A stretch of 64,000 nt of DNA from assembly GCF_009914755.1 (NCBI RefSeq), contig NC_060925.1. One strand, written 5' to 3'. A program made the position numbers and the translations under genes. Positions 40,706 to 55,481 of the stretch are shown in pieces. Under the pieces are notes generated by a model. It was not told the origin of the DNA. It did no database searches and saw only the letters and a program-made list of their open reading frames with translations. The first letter of the stretch is position 1; each line of letters starts with the position of its first letter. This stretch comes from the human T2T-CHM13v2.0 reference genome, Homo sapiens.

Positions 40706-43700
40706 ATGGAATCAGATGGAATCATCGAATGGACTGGAATGGAATCATTGAATGGACTCGAAAGGGATCATGATTGAATGGAATTGAATGGAATCATCGA
40801 ATGGTCTCGATTGGAATCATTATCAAATGGAATCGAATGGAATCACCGAATAGAATCGAATGGAACAATCATCGAATGGACTCAAATGGAATTATCCTCA
40901 AATGGAATCGAATGGAATTATCGAATGCAATCGAATGGAATTATCGAATGCAATCGAATAGAATCATCGAATGGACTCGAATGGAATCATCGAATGGAAT
41001 GGAATGGAACAGTCAATGAACTCGAATGGAATCATCATTGAATGGAATCGAATGGAATCATCGAGTGGAATCGAATGGAATTATGATCAAATGGAATCGA
41101 ATGTAATCATCATCAAATGGAATCAAAAATAACCATCATCAATTGGTATTGAATGGAATTGTCATCAAATGGAATTCAAAGGAATCATCATCAAATGGAA
41201 CCGAATGGAATCCTCATTGAATGGAAATGAAAGGGGTCATCATCTAATGGAATCGCATGGAATCATCACCAAATGGAATCGAATGGAATCATCATCAAAT
41301 GGAATCTAATGGAATCATTGAACAGAATTGAATGGAATCGTCATCAAATGATTTGAATGCAATCATCGAATGGTCTCGAATGGAATCATCTTCTAATGGA
41401 AAGGAATGGAATCATCGCATAGAATCGAATGGAATTATCATCGAATGGAATCGAATGGTATCAACACCAAACGGAAAAAAACGGAATTATCGAATGGAAT
41501 CGAAGAGAATCTTCGAACGGACCCGAATGGAATCATCTAATGGAATGGAATGGAATAATCCATGGACTCGAATGCAATCATCATCGAATGGAATCGAATG
41601 GAATCATCGAATGGACTCGAATGGAATAATCATTGAACGGAATCGAATGGAATCATCATCGGATGGAAACGAATGGAATCATCATCGAATGGAAATGAAA
41701 GGAGTCATCATCTAATGGAATTGCATGGAATCATCATCAAATGGAATCGAATGGAATCAACATCAAATGGAATCTAATGGAATCATTGAACAGAATTGAA
41801 TGGAATCGTCATCGAATGAATTGACTGCAATCATCGAATGGTCTCGAATGGAATCATCTTCAAATGGAATGGAATGGAATCATGGCATAGAATCGAATGG
41901 AATTATCATCGAATGGAATCGAATGGAATCAACATCAAACGGAAAAAAACGGAATTATCGAATGGAATCGAAGAGAATCATCGAATGGACCCGAATGGAA
42001 TCATCTAATGGAATGGAATGGAATAATCCATGGACTCGAATGCAATCATCATCGAATGGAATCGAATGGAATCATCGAATGGACTCGAATGGAATAATCA
42101 TTGAACGGAATCGAATGGAATCATCATCAGATGGAAATGAATGGAATCATCATCGAATGGAATCGAATAGAATTATGGAATGAAATCCAGTGTGATCATC
42201 ATCGAATGGACCCGAATGGAATCATCATCCAAAGGAAGCTAATGGAATCAACATCGAATGAATCAAATGGAAACACCATCGAATTGAAACGAATGGAATT
42301 ATCATGAAATTGAAATGGATGGACTCATCATCGAATGGATTTGAATGGAATCATCGAATAAAATTGATTGAAATCATCATCGAATGGAATCGAATGGTAT
42401 CATTGAATGGAATCGAATGGAATCATCATCAGATGGAAATGAATGGAATCGTCATAGAATGGAATCGAATGGATTCATTGAATGGAATCAGATGGAATCA
42501 TCGAATGGACTGGAATGGAATCATTGAATGGACTCGAAAGGGATCATGATTGAATGGAATTGAATGGAATCATCGAATGGTCTCGATTGGAATCATTATC
42601 AAATGGAATCGAATGGAATCACCGAATAGAATCGAATGGAACAATCATCGAATGGACTCAAATGGAATTATCCTCAAATGGAATCGAATGGAATTATCGA
42701 ATGCAATCGAATGGAATTATCGAATGCAATCGAATAGAATGATCGAATGGACTCGAATGGAATCATCGAATGGAATGCAATGGAACAGTCAATGAACTCG
42801 AATGGAATCATCATTGAATGGAATCGAATGGAATCATCGATTGGAATCGAATGGAATTATGATCAAATGGAATCGAATGTAATCCTCATCAAATGGAATC
42901 AAAAATAACCATCATCAATTGGTATTGAATGGAATTGTCATCAAATGGAATTCAAAGGAATCATCATCAAATGGAACCGAATGGAATCCTCATTGAATGG
43001 AAATGAAAGGGGTCATCATCTAATGGAATCGCATGGAATCATCATCAAATGGAATCGAATGGAATCATCATCAAATGGAATCTAATGGAATCATTGAACA
43101 GAATTGAATGGAATCGTCATCGAATGAATTGAATGCAATCATCGAATGGTCTCGAATGGAATCATCTTCTAATGGAAAGGAATGGAATCATCGCATAGAA
43201 TCGAATGGAATTATCATCGAATGGAATCGAATGGTATCAACACCAAACGGAAAAAAACGGAATTATCGAATGGAATCGAAGAGAATCTTCGAACGGACCC
43301 GAATGGAATCATCTAATGGAATGGAATGGAATAATCCATGGACTCGAATGCAATCATCATCGAATGGAATCGAATGGAATCATCGAATGGACTCGAATGG
43401 AATAATCATTGAACGGAATCGAATGGAATCATCATCGGATGGAAACGAATGGAATCATCATCGAATGGAAATGAAAGGAGTCATCATCCAATGGAATTGC
43501 ATGGAATCATCATAAAATGGAATCGAATGGAATCAACATCAAATGGAATCAAATGGAATCATTGAACGGAATTGAATGGAATCGTCATCGAATGAATTGA
43601 CTGCAATCATCCAATGGTCTCGAATGGAATCATCTTCAAATGGAATGGAATGGAATCATCGCATAGAATCGAATGGAATTATCATCGAATGGAATCGAAT

Positions 43701-46700
43701 GGAATCAACATCAAACGGAAAAAAACGGAATTATCGAATGGAATCGAAGAGAATCATCGAATGGACCCGAATGGAATCATCTAATGGAATGGAATGGAAT
43801 AATCCATGGACTCGAATGCAATCATCATCGAATGGAATCGAATGGAATCATCGAATGGACTCGAATGGAATAATCATTGAACGGAATCGAATGGAATCAT
43901 CATCGGATGGAAATGAATGGAATCATCATCGAATGGAATCGAATAGAATTATGGAATGAAATCCAGTGTGATCATCATCGAATGGACCCGAATGGAATCA
44001 TCATCCAACGGAAGCTAATGGAATCAACATCGAATGAATCGAATGGAAACACCATCGAATTGAAACGAATGGAATTATCATGAAATTGAAATGGATGGAC
44101 TCATCATCGAATGGATTCGAATGGAATCATGGAATAAAATTGATGGAAATCATCATCCAATGGAATCGAATGGTATCATTGAATGGAATCGAATGGAATC
44201 ATCATCAGATGGAAATGAATGGAATCGTCATAGAATGGAATCGAATGGATTCATTGACTGGAATCAGATGGAATCATCGAATGGACTGGAATGGAATCAT
44301 TGAATGGACTCGAAAGGGATCATGATTGAATGGAATTGAATGGAATCATCGAATGGTCTCGATTGGAATCATTATCAAATGGAATCGAATGGAATCACCG
44401 AATAGAATCGAATGGAACAATCATCGAATGGACTCAAATGGAATTATCCTCAAATGGAATCGAATGGAATTATCGAATGCAATCGAATGGAATTATCGAA
44501 TGCAATCGAATAGAATCATCGAATGGACTCGAATGGAATCATCGAATGGAATGGAATGGAACAGTCAATGAACTCGAATGGAATCATCATTGAATGGAAT
44601 CGAATGGAATCATCGAGTGGAATCGAATGGAATTATGATCAAATGGAATCGAATGTAATCATCATCAAATGGAATCAAAAATAACCATCATCAATTGGTA
44701 TTGAATGGAATTGTCATCAAATGGAATTCAAAGGAATCATCATCAAATGGAACCGAATGGAATCCTCATTGAATGGAAATGAAAGGGGTCATCATCTAAT
44801 GGAATCGCATGGAATCATCACCAAATGGAATCGAATGGAATCATCATCAAATGGAATCTAATGGAATCATTGAACAGAATTGAATGGAATCGTCATCAAA
44901 TGATTTGAATGCAATCATCGAATGGTCTCGAATGGAATCATCTTCTAATGGAAAGGAATGGAATCATCGCATAGAATCGAATGGAATTATCATCGAATGG
45001 AATCGAATGGTATCAACACCAAACGGAAAAAAACGGAATTATCGAATGGAATCGAAGAGAATCTTCGAACGGACCCGAATGGAATCATCTAATGGAATGG
45101 AATGGAATAATCCATGGACTCGAATGCAATCATCATCGAATGGAATCGAATGGAATCATCGAATGGACTCGAATGGAATAATCATTGAACGGAATCGAAT
45201 GGAATCATCATCGGATGGAAACGAATGGAATCATCATCGAATGGAAATGAAAGGAGTCATCATCTAATGGAATTGCATGGAATCATCATCAAATGGAATC
45301 GAATGGAATCAACATCAAATGGAATCTAATGGAATCATTGAACAGAATTGAATGGAATCGTCATCGAATGAATTGACTGCAATCATCGAATGGTCTCGAA
45401 TGGAATCATCTTCAAATGGAATGGAATGGAATCATGGCATAGAATCGAATGGAATTATCATCGAATGGAATCGAATGGAATCAACATCAAACGGAAAAAA
45501 ACGGAATTATCGAATGGAATCGAAGAGAATCATCGAATGGACCCGAATGGAATCATCTAATGGAATGGAATGGAATAATCCATGGACTCGAATGCAATCA
45601 TCATCGAATGGAATCGAATGGAATCATCGAATGGACTCGAATGGAATAATCATTGAACGGAATCGAATGGAATCATCATCAGATGGAAATGAATGGAATC
45701 ATCATCGAATGGAATCGAATAGAATTATGGAATGAAATCCAGTGTGATCATCATCGAATGGACCCGAATGGAATCATCATCCAAAGGAAGCTAATGGAAT
45801 CAACATCGAATGAATCAAATGGAAACACCATCGAATTGAAACGAATGGAATTATCATGAAATTGAAATGGATGGACTCATCATCGAATGGATTTGAATGG
45901 AATCATCGAATAAAATTGATTGAAATCATCATCGAATGGAATCGAATGGTATCATTGAATGGAATCGAATGGAATCATCATCAGATGGAAATGAATGGAA
46001 TCGTCATAGAATGGAATCGAATGGATTCATTGAATGGAATCAGATGGAATCATCGAATGGACTGGAATGGAATCATTGAATGGACTCGAAAGGGATCATG
46101 ATTGAATGGAATTGAATGGAATCATCGAATGGTCTCGATTGGAATCATTATCAAATGGAATCGAATGGAATCACCGAATAGAATCGAATGGAACAATCAT
46201 CGAATGGACTCAAATGGAATTATCCTCAAATGGAATCGAATGGAATTATCGAATGCAATCGAATGGAATTATCGAATGCAATCGAATAGAATGATCGAAT
46301 GGACTCGAATGGAATCATCGAATGGAATGCAATGGAACAGTCAATGAACTCGAATGGAATCATCATTGAATGGAATCGAATGGAATCATCGATTGGAATC
46401 GAATGGAATTATGATCAAATGGAATCGAATGTAATCCTCATCAAATGGAATCAAAAATAACCATCATCAATTGGTATTGAATGGAATTGTCATCAAATGG
46501 AATTCAAAGGAATCATCATCAAATGGAACCGAATGGAATCCTCATTGAATGGAAATGAAAGGGGTCATCATCTAATGGAATCGCATGGAATCATCATCAA
46601 ATGGAATCGAATGGAATCATCATCAAATGGAATCTAATGGAATCATTGAACAGAATTGAATGGAATCGTCATCGAATGAATTGAATGCAATCATCGAATG

Positions 46701-48003
46701 GTCTCGAATGGAATCATCTTCTAATGGAAAGGAATGGAATCATCGCATAGAATCGAATGGAATTATCATCGAATGGAATCGAATGGTATCAACACCAAAC
46801 GGAAAAAAACGGAATTATCGAATGGAATCGAAGAGAATCTTCGAACGGACCCGAATGGAATCATCTAATGGAATGGAATGGAATAATCCATGGACTCGAA
46901 TGCAATCATCATCGAATGGAATCGAATGGAATCATCGAATGGACTCGAATGGAATAATCATTGAACGGAATCGAATGGAATCATCATCGGATGGAAACGA
47001 ATGGAATCATCATCGAATGGAAATGAAAGGAGTCATCATCCAATGGAATTGCATGGAATCATCATAAAATGGAATCGAATGGAATCAACATCAAATGGAA
47101 TCAAATGGAATCATTGAACGGAATTGAATGGAATCGTCATCGAATGAATTGACTGCAATCATCCAATGGTCTCGAATGGAATCATCTTCAAATGGAATGG
47201 AATGGAATCATCGCATAGAATCGAATGGAATTATCATCGAATGGAATCGAATGGAATCAACATCAAACGGAAAAAAACGGAATTATCGAATGGAATCGAA
47301 GAGAATCATCGAATGGACCCGAATGGAATCATCTAATGGAATGGAATGGAATAATCCATGGACTCGAATGCAATCATCATCGAATGGAATCGAATGGAAT
47401 CATCGAATGGACTCGAATGGAATAATCATTGAACGGAATCGAATGGAATCATCATCGGATGGAAATGAATGGAATCATCATCGAATGGAATCGAATAGAA
47501 TTATGGAATGAAATCCAGTGTGATCATCATCGAATGGACCCGAATGGAATCATCATCCAACGGAAGCTAATGGAATCAACATCGAATGAATCGAATGGAA
47601 ACACCATCGAATTGAAACGAATGGAATTATCATGAAATTGAAATGGATGGACTCATCATCGAATGGATTCGAATGGAATCATGGAATAAAATTGATGGAA
47701 ATCATCATCCAATGGAATCGAATGGTATCATTGAATGGAATCGAATGGAATCATCATCAGATGGAAATGAATGGAATCGTCATAGAATGGAATCGAATGG
47801 ATTCATTGACTGGAATCAGATGGAATCATCGAATGGACTGGAATGGAATCATTGAATGGACTCGAAAGGGATCATGATTGAATGGAATTGAATGGAATCA
47901 TCGAATGGTCTCGATTGGAATCATTATCAAATGGAATCGAATGGAATCACCGAATAGAATCGAATGGAACAATCATCGAATGGACTCAAATGGAATTATC
48001 CTC
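40706..48003 (+). repeat. Recent tandem duplication of a two-unit (3,552-bp) block; boundaries approximate
   Basis: Rare variants repeated at offset 3552: atgatttgaatg (41349/44901), catggcatag (41881/45433), ccaaaggaagct (~42229/45781), ggatttgaatg (~42337/45889), gaatgcaatggaacag (~42773/46325), catcgattgg (~42835/46387), catccaatggaattgc (~43485/47037), cattgactgg (~44252/47804). Confidence 0.9.
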
Positions 48004-51000
48004 CAATGGAATGGAATGGAATTATCGAATGCAATCGAATGGAATTATCGAATGCAATCGAATAGAATCATCGAATGGACTCGAATGGAATCATCGAATG
48101 GAATGGAATGGAACAGTCAATGAACTCGAATGGAATCATCATTGAATGGAATCGAATGGAATCATCGAGTGGAATCGAATGGAATTATGATCAAATGGAA
48201 TCGAATGTAATCATCATCAAATGGAATCAAAAATAACCATCATCAATTGGTATTGAATGGAATTGTCATCAAATGGAATTCAAAGGAATCATCATCAAAT
48301 GGAACCGAATGGAATCCTCATTGAATGGAAATGAAAGGGGTCATCATCTAATGGAATCGCATGGAATCATCATCAAATGGAATCGAATGGAATCATCATC
48401 AAATGGAATCTAATGGAATCATTGAACAGAATTGAATGGAATCGTCATCGAATGAATTGAATGCAATCATCGAATGGTCTCGAATGGAATCATCTTCTAA
48501 TGGAAAGGAATGGAATCATCGCATAGAATCGAATGGAATTATCATCGAATGGAATCGAATGGTATCAACACCAAACGGAAAAAAACGGAATTATCGAATG
48601 GAATCGAAGAGAATCTTCGAACGGACCCGAATGGAATAATCTAATGGAATGGAATGGAATAATCCATGGACTCGAATGCAATCATCACCGAATGGAATCG
48701 AATGGAATCATCGAATGGACTCGAATGGAATAATCATTGAACGGAATCGATTGGAATCATCATCGGATGGAAACGAATGGAATCATCATCGAATGGAAAT
48801 GAAAGGAGTCATCATCTAATGGAATTGCATGGAATCATCATAAAATGGAATCGAATGGAATCAACATCAAATGGAATCAAATGGAATCATTGAACGGAAT
48901 TGAATGGAATCGTCATCGAATGAATTGACTGCAATCATCCAATGGTCTCGAATGGAATCATCTTCAAATGGAATGGAATGGAATCATCGCATAGAATCGA
49001 ATGGAATTATCATCGAATGGAATCGAATGGAATCAACATCCAACGGAAAAAAACGGAATTATCGAATGGAATCGAAGAGAATCATCGAATGGACCCGAAT
49101 GGAATCATGTAATGGAATGGAATGGAATAATCCATGGACTCGAATGCAATCATCATCGAATGGAATCGAATGGAATCATCGAATGGACTCGTATGGAATA
49201 ATCATTGAACGGAATCGAATGGAATCATCATCGGATGGAAATGAATGGAATCATCATCGAATGGAATCGAATAGAATTATGGAATGAAATCCAGTGTGAT
49301 CATCATCGAATGGACCCGAATGGAATCATCATCCAACGGAAGCTAATGGAATCAACATCGAATGAATCAAATGGAAACACCATCGAATTGAAACGAATGG
49401 AATTACCATGAAATTGAAATGGATGGACTCATCATCGAATGGATTAATGGAATCATCGAATAAAATTGATTGAAATCATCATCGAATGGAATCGAATGGT
49501 ATCATTGAATGGAATCGAATGGAATCATCATCAGATGGAAATGAATGGAATCGTCATAGAATGGAATCGAATGGATTCATTGAATGGAATCAGATGGAAT
49601 CATCGAATGGACTGGAATGGAATCATTGAATGGACTCGAAAGGGATCATGATTGAATGGAATTGAATGGAATCATCGAATGGTCTCGATTGGAATCATTA
49701 TCAAATGGAATCGAATGGAATCACCGAATAGAATCGAATGGAACAATCATCGAATGGACTCAAATGGAATTATCCTCAAATGGAATCGAATGGAATTATC
49801 GAATGCAATCGAATGGAATTATCGAATGCAATCGAATAGAATCATCGAATGGACTCGAATGGAATCATCGAATGGAATGGAATGGAACAGTCAATGAACT
49901 CGAATGGAATCATCATTGAATGGAATCGAATGGAATCATCGAGTGGAATCGAATGGAATTATGATCAAATGGAATCGAATGTAATCATCATCAAATGGAA
50001 TCAAAAATAACCATCATCAATTGGTATTGAATGGAATTGTCATCAAATGGAATTCAAAGGAATCATCATCAAATGGAACCGAATGGAATCCTCATTGAAT
50101 GGAAATGAAAGGGGTCATCATCTAATGGAATCGCATGGAATCATCATCAAATGGAATCGAATGGAATCATCATCAAATGGAATCTAATGGAATCATTGAA
50201 CAGAATTGAATGGAATCGTCATCGAATGAATTGAATGCAATCATCGAATGGTCTCGAATGGAATCATCTTCTAATGGAAAGGAATGGAATCATCGCATAG
50301 AATCGAATGGAATTATCATCGAATGGAATCGAATGGTATCAACACCAAACGGAAAAAAACGGAATTATCAAATGGAATCGAAGAGAATCTTCGAACGGAC
50401 CCGAATGGAATCATCTAATGGAATGGAATGGAATAATCCATGGACTCGAATGCAATCATCATCGAATGGAATCGAATGGAATCATCGAATGGACTCGAAT
50501 GGAATAATCATTGAACGGAATCGAATGGAATCATCATCGGATGGAAACGAATGGAATCATCATCGAATGGAAATGAAAGGAGTCATCATCTAATGGAATT
50601 GCATGGAATCATCATAAAATGGAATCGAATGGAATCAACATCAAATGGAATCAAATGGAATCATTGAACGGAATTGAATGGAATCGTCATCGAATGAATT
50701 GACTGCAATCATCCAATGGTCTCGAATGGAATCATCTTCAAATGGAATGGAATGGAATCATCGCATAGAATCGAATGGAATTATCATCGAATGGAATCGA
50801 ATGGAATCAACATCAAACGGAAAAAAACGGAATTATCGAATGGAATCGAAGAGAATCATCGAATGGACCCGAATGGAATCATGTAATGGAATGGAATGGA
50901 ATAATCCATGGACTCGAATGCAATCATCATCGAATGGAATCGAATGGAATCATCGAATGGACTCGAATGGAATAATCATTGAACGGAATCGAATGGAATC

Positions 51001-53601
51001 ATCATCGGATGGAAATGAATGGAATCATCATCGAATGGAATCGAATAGAATTATGGAATGAAATCCAGTGTGATCATCATCGAATGGACCCGAATGGAAT
51101 CATCATCCAACGGAAGCTAATGGAATCAACATCGAATGAATCAAATGGAAACACCATCGAATTGAAACGAATGGAATTATCATGAAATTGAAATGGATGG
51201 ACTCATCATCGAATGGATTCGAATGGAATCATCGAATAAAATTGATTGAAATCATCATCGAATGGAATCGAATGGTATCATTGAATGGAATCGAATGGAA
51301 TCATCATCAGATGGAAATGAATGGAATCGTCATAGAATGGAATCGAATGGATTCATTGAATGGAATCAGATGGAATCATCGAATGGACTGGAATGGAATC
51401 ATTGAATGGACTCGAAAGGGATCATTATTGAATGGAATTGAATGGAATCATCGAATGGTCTCGATTGGAATCATTATCAAATGGAATCGAATGGAATCAC
51501 CGAATAGAATCGAATGGAACAATCATCGAATGGACTCAAATGGAATTATCCTCCAATGGAATGGAATGGAATTATCGAATGCAATCGAATGGAATTATCG
51601 AATGCAATCGAATAGAATCATCGAATGGACTCGAATGGAATCATCGAATGGAATGGAATGGAACAGTCAATGAACTCGAATGGAATCATCATTGAATGGA
51701 ATCGAATGGAATCATCGAGTGGAATCGAATGGAATTATGATCAAATGGAATCGAATGTAATCATCATCAAATGGAATCAAAAATAACCATCATCAATTGG
51801 TATTGAATGGAATTGTCATCAAATGGAATTCAAAGGAATCATCATCAAATGGAACCGAATGGAATCCTCATTGAATGGAAATGAAAGGGGTCATCATCTA
51901 ATGGAATCGCATGGAATCATCATCAAATGGAATCGAATGGAATCACCATCAAATGGAATCTAATGGAATCATTGAACAGAATTGAATGGAATCGTCATCG
52001 AATGAATTGAATGCAATCATCGAATGGTCTCGAATGGATTCATCTTCTAATGGAAAGGAATGGAATCATCGCATAGAATCGAATGGAATTATCATCGAAT
52101 GGAATCGAATGGTATCAACACCAAACGGAAAAAAACGGAATTATCGAATGGAATCGAAGAGAATCTTCGAACGGACCCTAATGGAATCATCTAATGGAAT
52201 GGAATGGAATAATCCATGGACTCGAATGCAATCATCATCGAATGGAATCGAATGGAATCATCGAATGGACTCGAATGGAATAATCATTGAACGGAATCGA
52301 TTGGAATCATCATCGGATGGAAACGAATGGAATCATCATCGAATGGAAATGAAAGGAGTCATCATCTAATGGAATTGCATGGAATCATCATAAAATGGAA
52401 TCGAATGGAATCAACATCAAATGGAATCAAATGGAATCATTGAACGGAATTGAATGGAATCGTCATCGAATGAATTGACTGCAATCATCCAATGGTCTCG
52501 AATGGAATCATCTTCAAATGGAATGGAATGGAATCATCGCATAGAATCGAATGGAATTATCATCGAATGGAATCGAAGGGAATCAACATCCAACGGAAAA
52601 AAACGGAATTATCGAATGGAATCGAAGAGAATCATCGAATGGACCCGAATGGAATCATGTAATGGAATGGAATGGAATAATCCATGGACTCGAATGCAAT
52701 CATCATCGAATGGAATCGAATGGAATCATCGAATGGACTCGAATGGAATAATCATTGAACGGAATCGAATGGAATCATCATCGGATGGAAATGAATGGAA
52801 TCATCATCGAATGGAATCGAATAGAATTATGGAATGAAATCCAGTGTGATCATCATCGAATGGACCCGAATGGAATCATCATCCAACGGAAGCTAATGGA
52901 ATCAACATCGAATGAATCAAATGGAAACACCATCGAATTGAAACGAATGGAATTATCATGAAATTGAAATGGATGGACTCATCATCGAATGGATTCGAAT
53001 GGAATCATCGAATAAAATTGATTGAAATCATCATCGAATGGAATCGAATGGTATCATTGAATGGAATCGAATGGAATCATCATCAGATGGAAATGAATGG
53101 AATCGTCATAGAATGGAATCGAATGGATTCATTGAATGGAATCAGATGGAATCATCGAATGGACTGGAATGGAATCATTGAATGGACTCGATAGGGATCA
53201 TTATTGAATGGAATTGAATGGAATCATCGAATGGTCTCGATTGGAATCATTATCAAATGGAATCGAATGGAATCACCGAATAGAATCGAATGGAACAATC
53301 ATCGAATGGACTCAAATGGAATTATCCTCAAATGGAATCGAATGGAATTATCGAATGCAATCGAATGGAATTATCGAATGCAATCGAATAGAATCATCGA
53401 ATGGACTCGAATGGAATCATCGAATAGAATGGAATAGAACAGTCAATGAACTCGAATGGAATCATCATTGAATGGAATCGAATGGAATCATCGAGTGGAA
53501 TCGAATGGAATTATGATCAAATGGAATCGAATGTAATCATCATCAAATGGAATCAAAAATAACCATCATCAATTGGTATTGAATGGAATTGTCATCAAAT
53601 G

Positions 53602-54196
53602 GAATTCAAAGGAATCATCATCAAATGGAACCGAATGGAATCCTCATTGAATGGAAATGAAAGGGGTCATCATCTAATGGAATCGCATGGAATCATCATA
53701 AAATGGAATCGAATGGAATCAACATCAAATGGAATCAAATGGAATCATTGAACGGAATTGAATGGAATCGTCATCGAATGAATTGGATGCAATCATCGAA
53801 TGGTCTCGAATGGAATCTTCTTCAAATGGAATGGAATGGAATCATCGCATAGAATCGAATGGAATTATCATCGAATGGAATCGAATGGAATCAACATCAA
53901 ACGGAAAAAAACGGAATTATCGAATGGAATCGAAGAGAATCATCGAATGGACCCGAATGGAATCATCTAATGGAATGGAATGGAATAATCCATGGACTCG
54001 AATGCAATCATCATCGAATGGAATCGAATGGAATCATCGAATGAACTCGAATGGAATCATCATTGAATGGAATCGAATGGAATCATCGAGTGGAATCGAA
54101 TGGAATTATGATCAAATGGAATCGAATGTAATCATCATCAAATGGAATCAAAAATAACCATCATCAATTGGTATTCAATGGAATTGTCATCAAATG
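53602..54196 (+). repeat. 595-bp truncated unit (same 713-bp deletion junction, and lacking one 468-bp sub-repeat)
   Basis: Spacing 53762 to 54357 = 595 = 1776-468-713; junction catcgaatg|aactcg at ~54043. Confidence 0.92.
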
Positions 54197-55481
54197 GAAT
54201 TCAAAGGAATCATCATCAAATGGAACCGAATGGAATCCTCATTGAATGGAAATGAAAGGGGTCATCATCTAATGGAATCACATGGAATCATCATCAAATG
54301 GAATCGAATGGAATCTTCATCAAATGGAATCTAATGGAATCATTGAACAGAATTGAATGGAATCGTCATCGAATGAATTGAATGCAATCATCGAATGGTC
54401 TCGAATGGAATCATCTTCTAATGGAAAGGAATGGAAACATCGCATAGAATCGAATGGAATTATCATCGAATGGAATCGAATGGTATCAACATCAAACGGA
54501 AAAAAACGGAATTATCGAAAGGAATCGAAGAGAATCTTCGAACGGACCCGAATGGAATCATCTAATGGAATGGAATGGAATAATCCATGGACTCGAATGC
54601 AATCATCATCGAATGGAATCGAATGGAATCATCGAATGGACTCGAATGGAATAATCATTGAACGGAATCGAATGGAATCATCATCGGATGGAAATGAATG
54701 GAATCATCATCGAATGGAATCGAATAGAATTATGGAATGAAATCCAGTGTGATCATCATCGAATGGACCCGAATGGAATCATCATCCAACAGAAGCTAAT
54801 GGAATCAACATCGAATGAATCGAATGGAAACACCATCGAATTCAAACGAATGGAATTACCATGAAATTGAAATGGATGGACTCATCATCGAATGGATTCG
54901 GATGGAATCATCGAATAAAATTGATTGAAATCATCATCGAATGAAATCGAATGGTATCATTGAATGGAATCGAATGGAATCATCATCAGATGGAAATGAA
55001 TGGAATCGTCATAGAATGGAATCGAATGGATTCATTGAATGGAATCAGATGGAATCATCGAATGGACTGGAATGGAATCATTGAATGGACTCGAAAGGGA
55101 TCATGATTGAATGGAATTGAATGGAATCATCGAATGGTCTCGATTGGAATCATTATTAAATGGAATCGAATGGAATCACCGAATAGAATCGAATGGAACA
55201 ATCATCGAATGGACTCAAATGGAATTATCCTTAAATGGAATCGAATGGAATTATCGAATGCAATCGAATAGAATCATCGAATGGACTCGAATGGAATCAT
55301 CGAATGGAATGGAATGGAACAGTCAATGAACTCGAATGGAATCATCATTGAATGGAATCGAATGGAATCATCGAGTGGAATCGAATGGAATTATGATCAA
55401 ATGGAATCGAATCTAATCATCATCAAATGGAATCAAAAATAACCATCATCAATTGGTATTGAATGGAATTGTCATCAAATG
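54197..55481 (+). repeat. 1,285-bp variant unit, copy 2
   Basis: Spacing 54357 to 55642; shares private variants with copy 1 (ccaacagaag, cgaattcaaacg at 54838, attaccatg, ttcggatgg, cattattaaa, atccttaaa). Confidence 0.92.
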
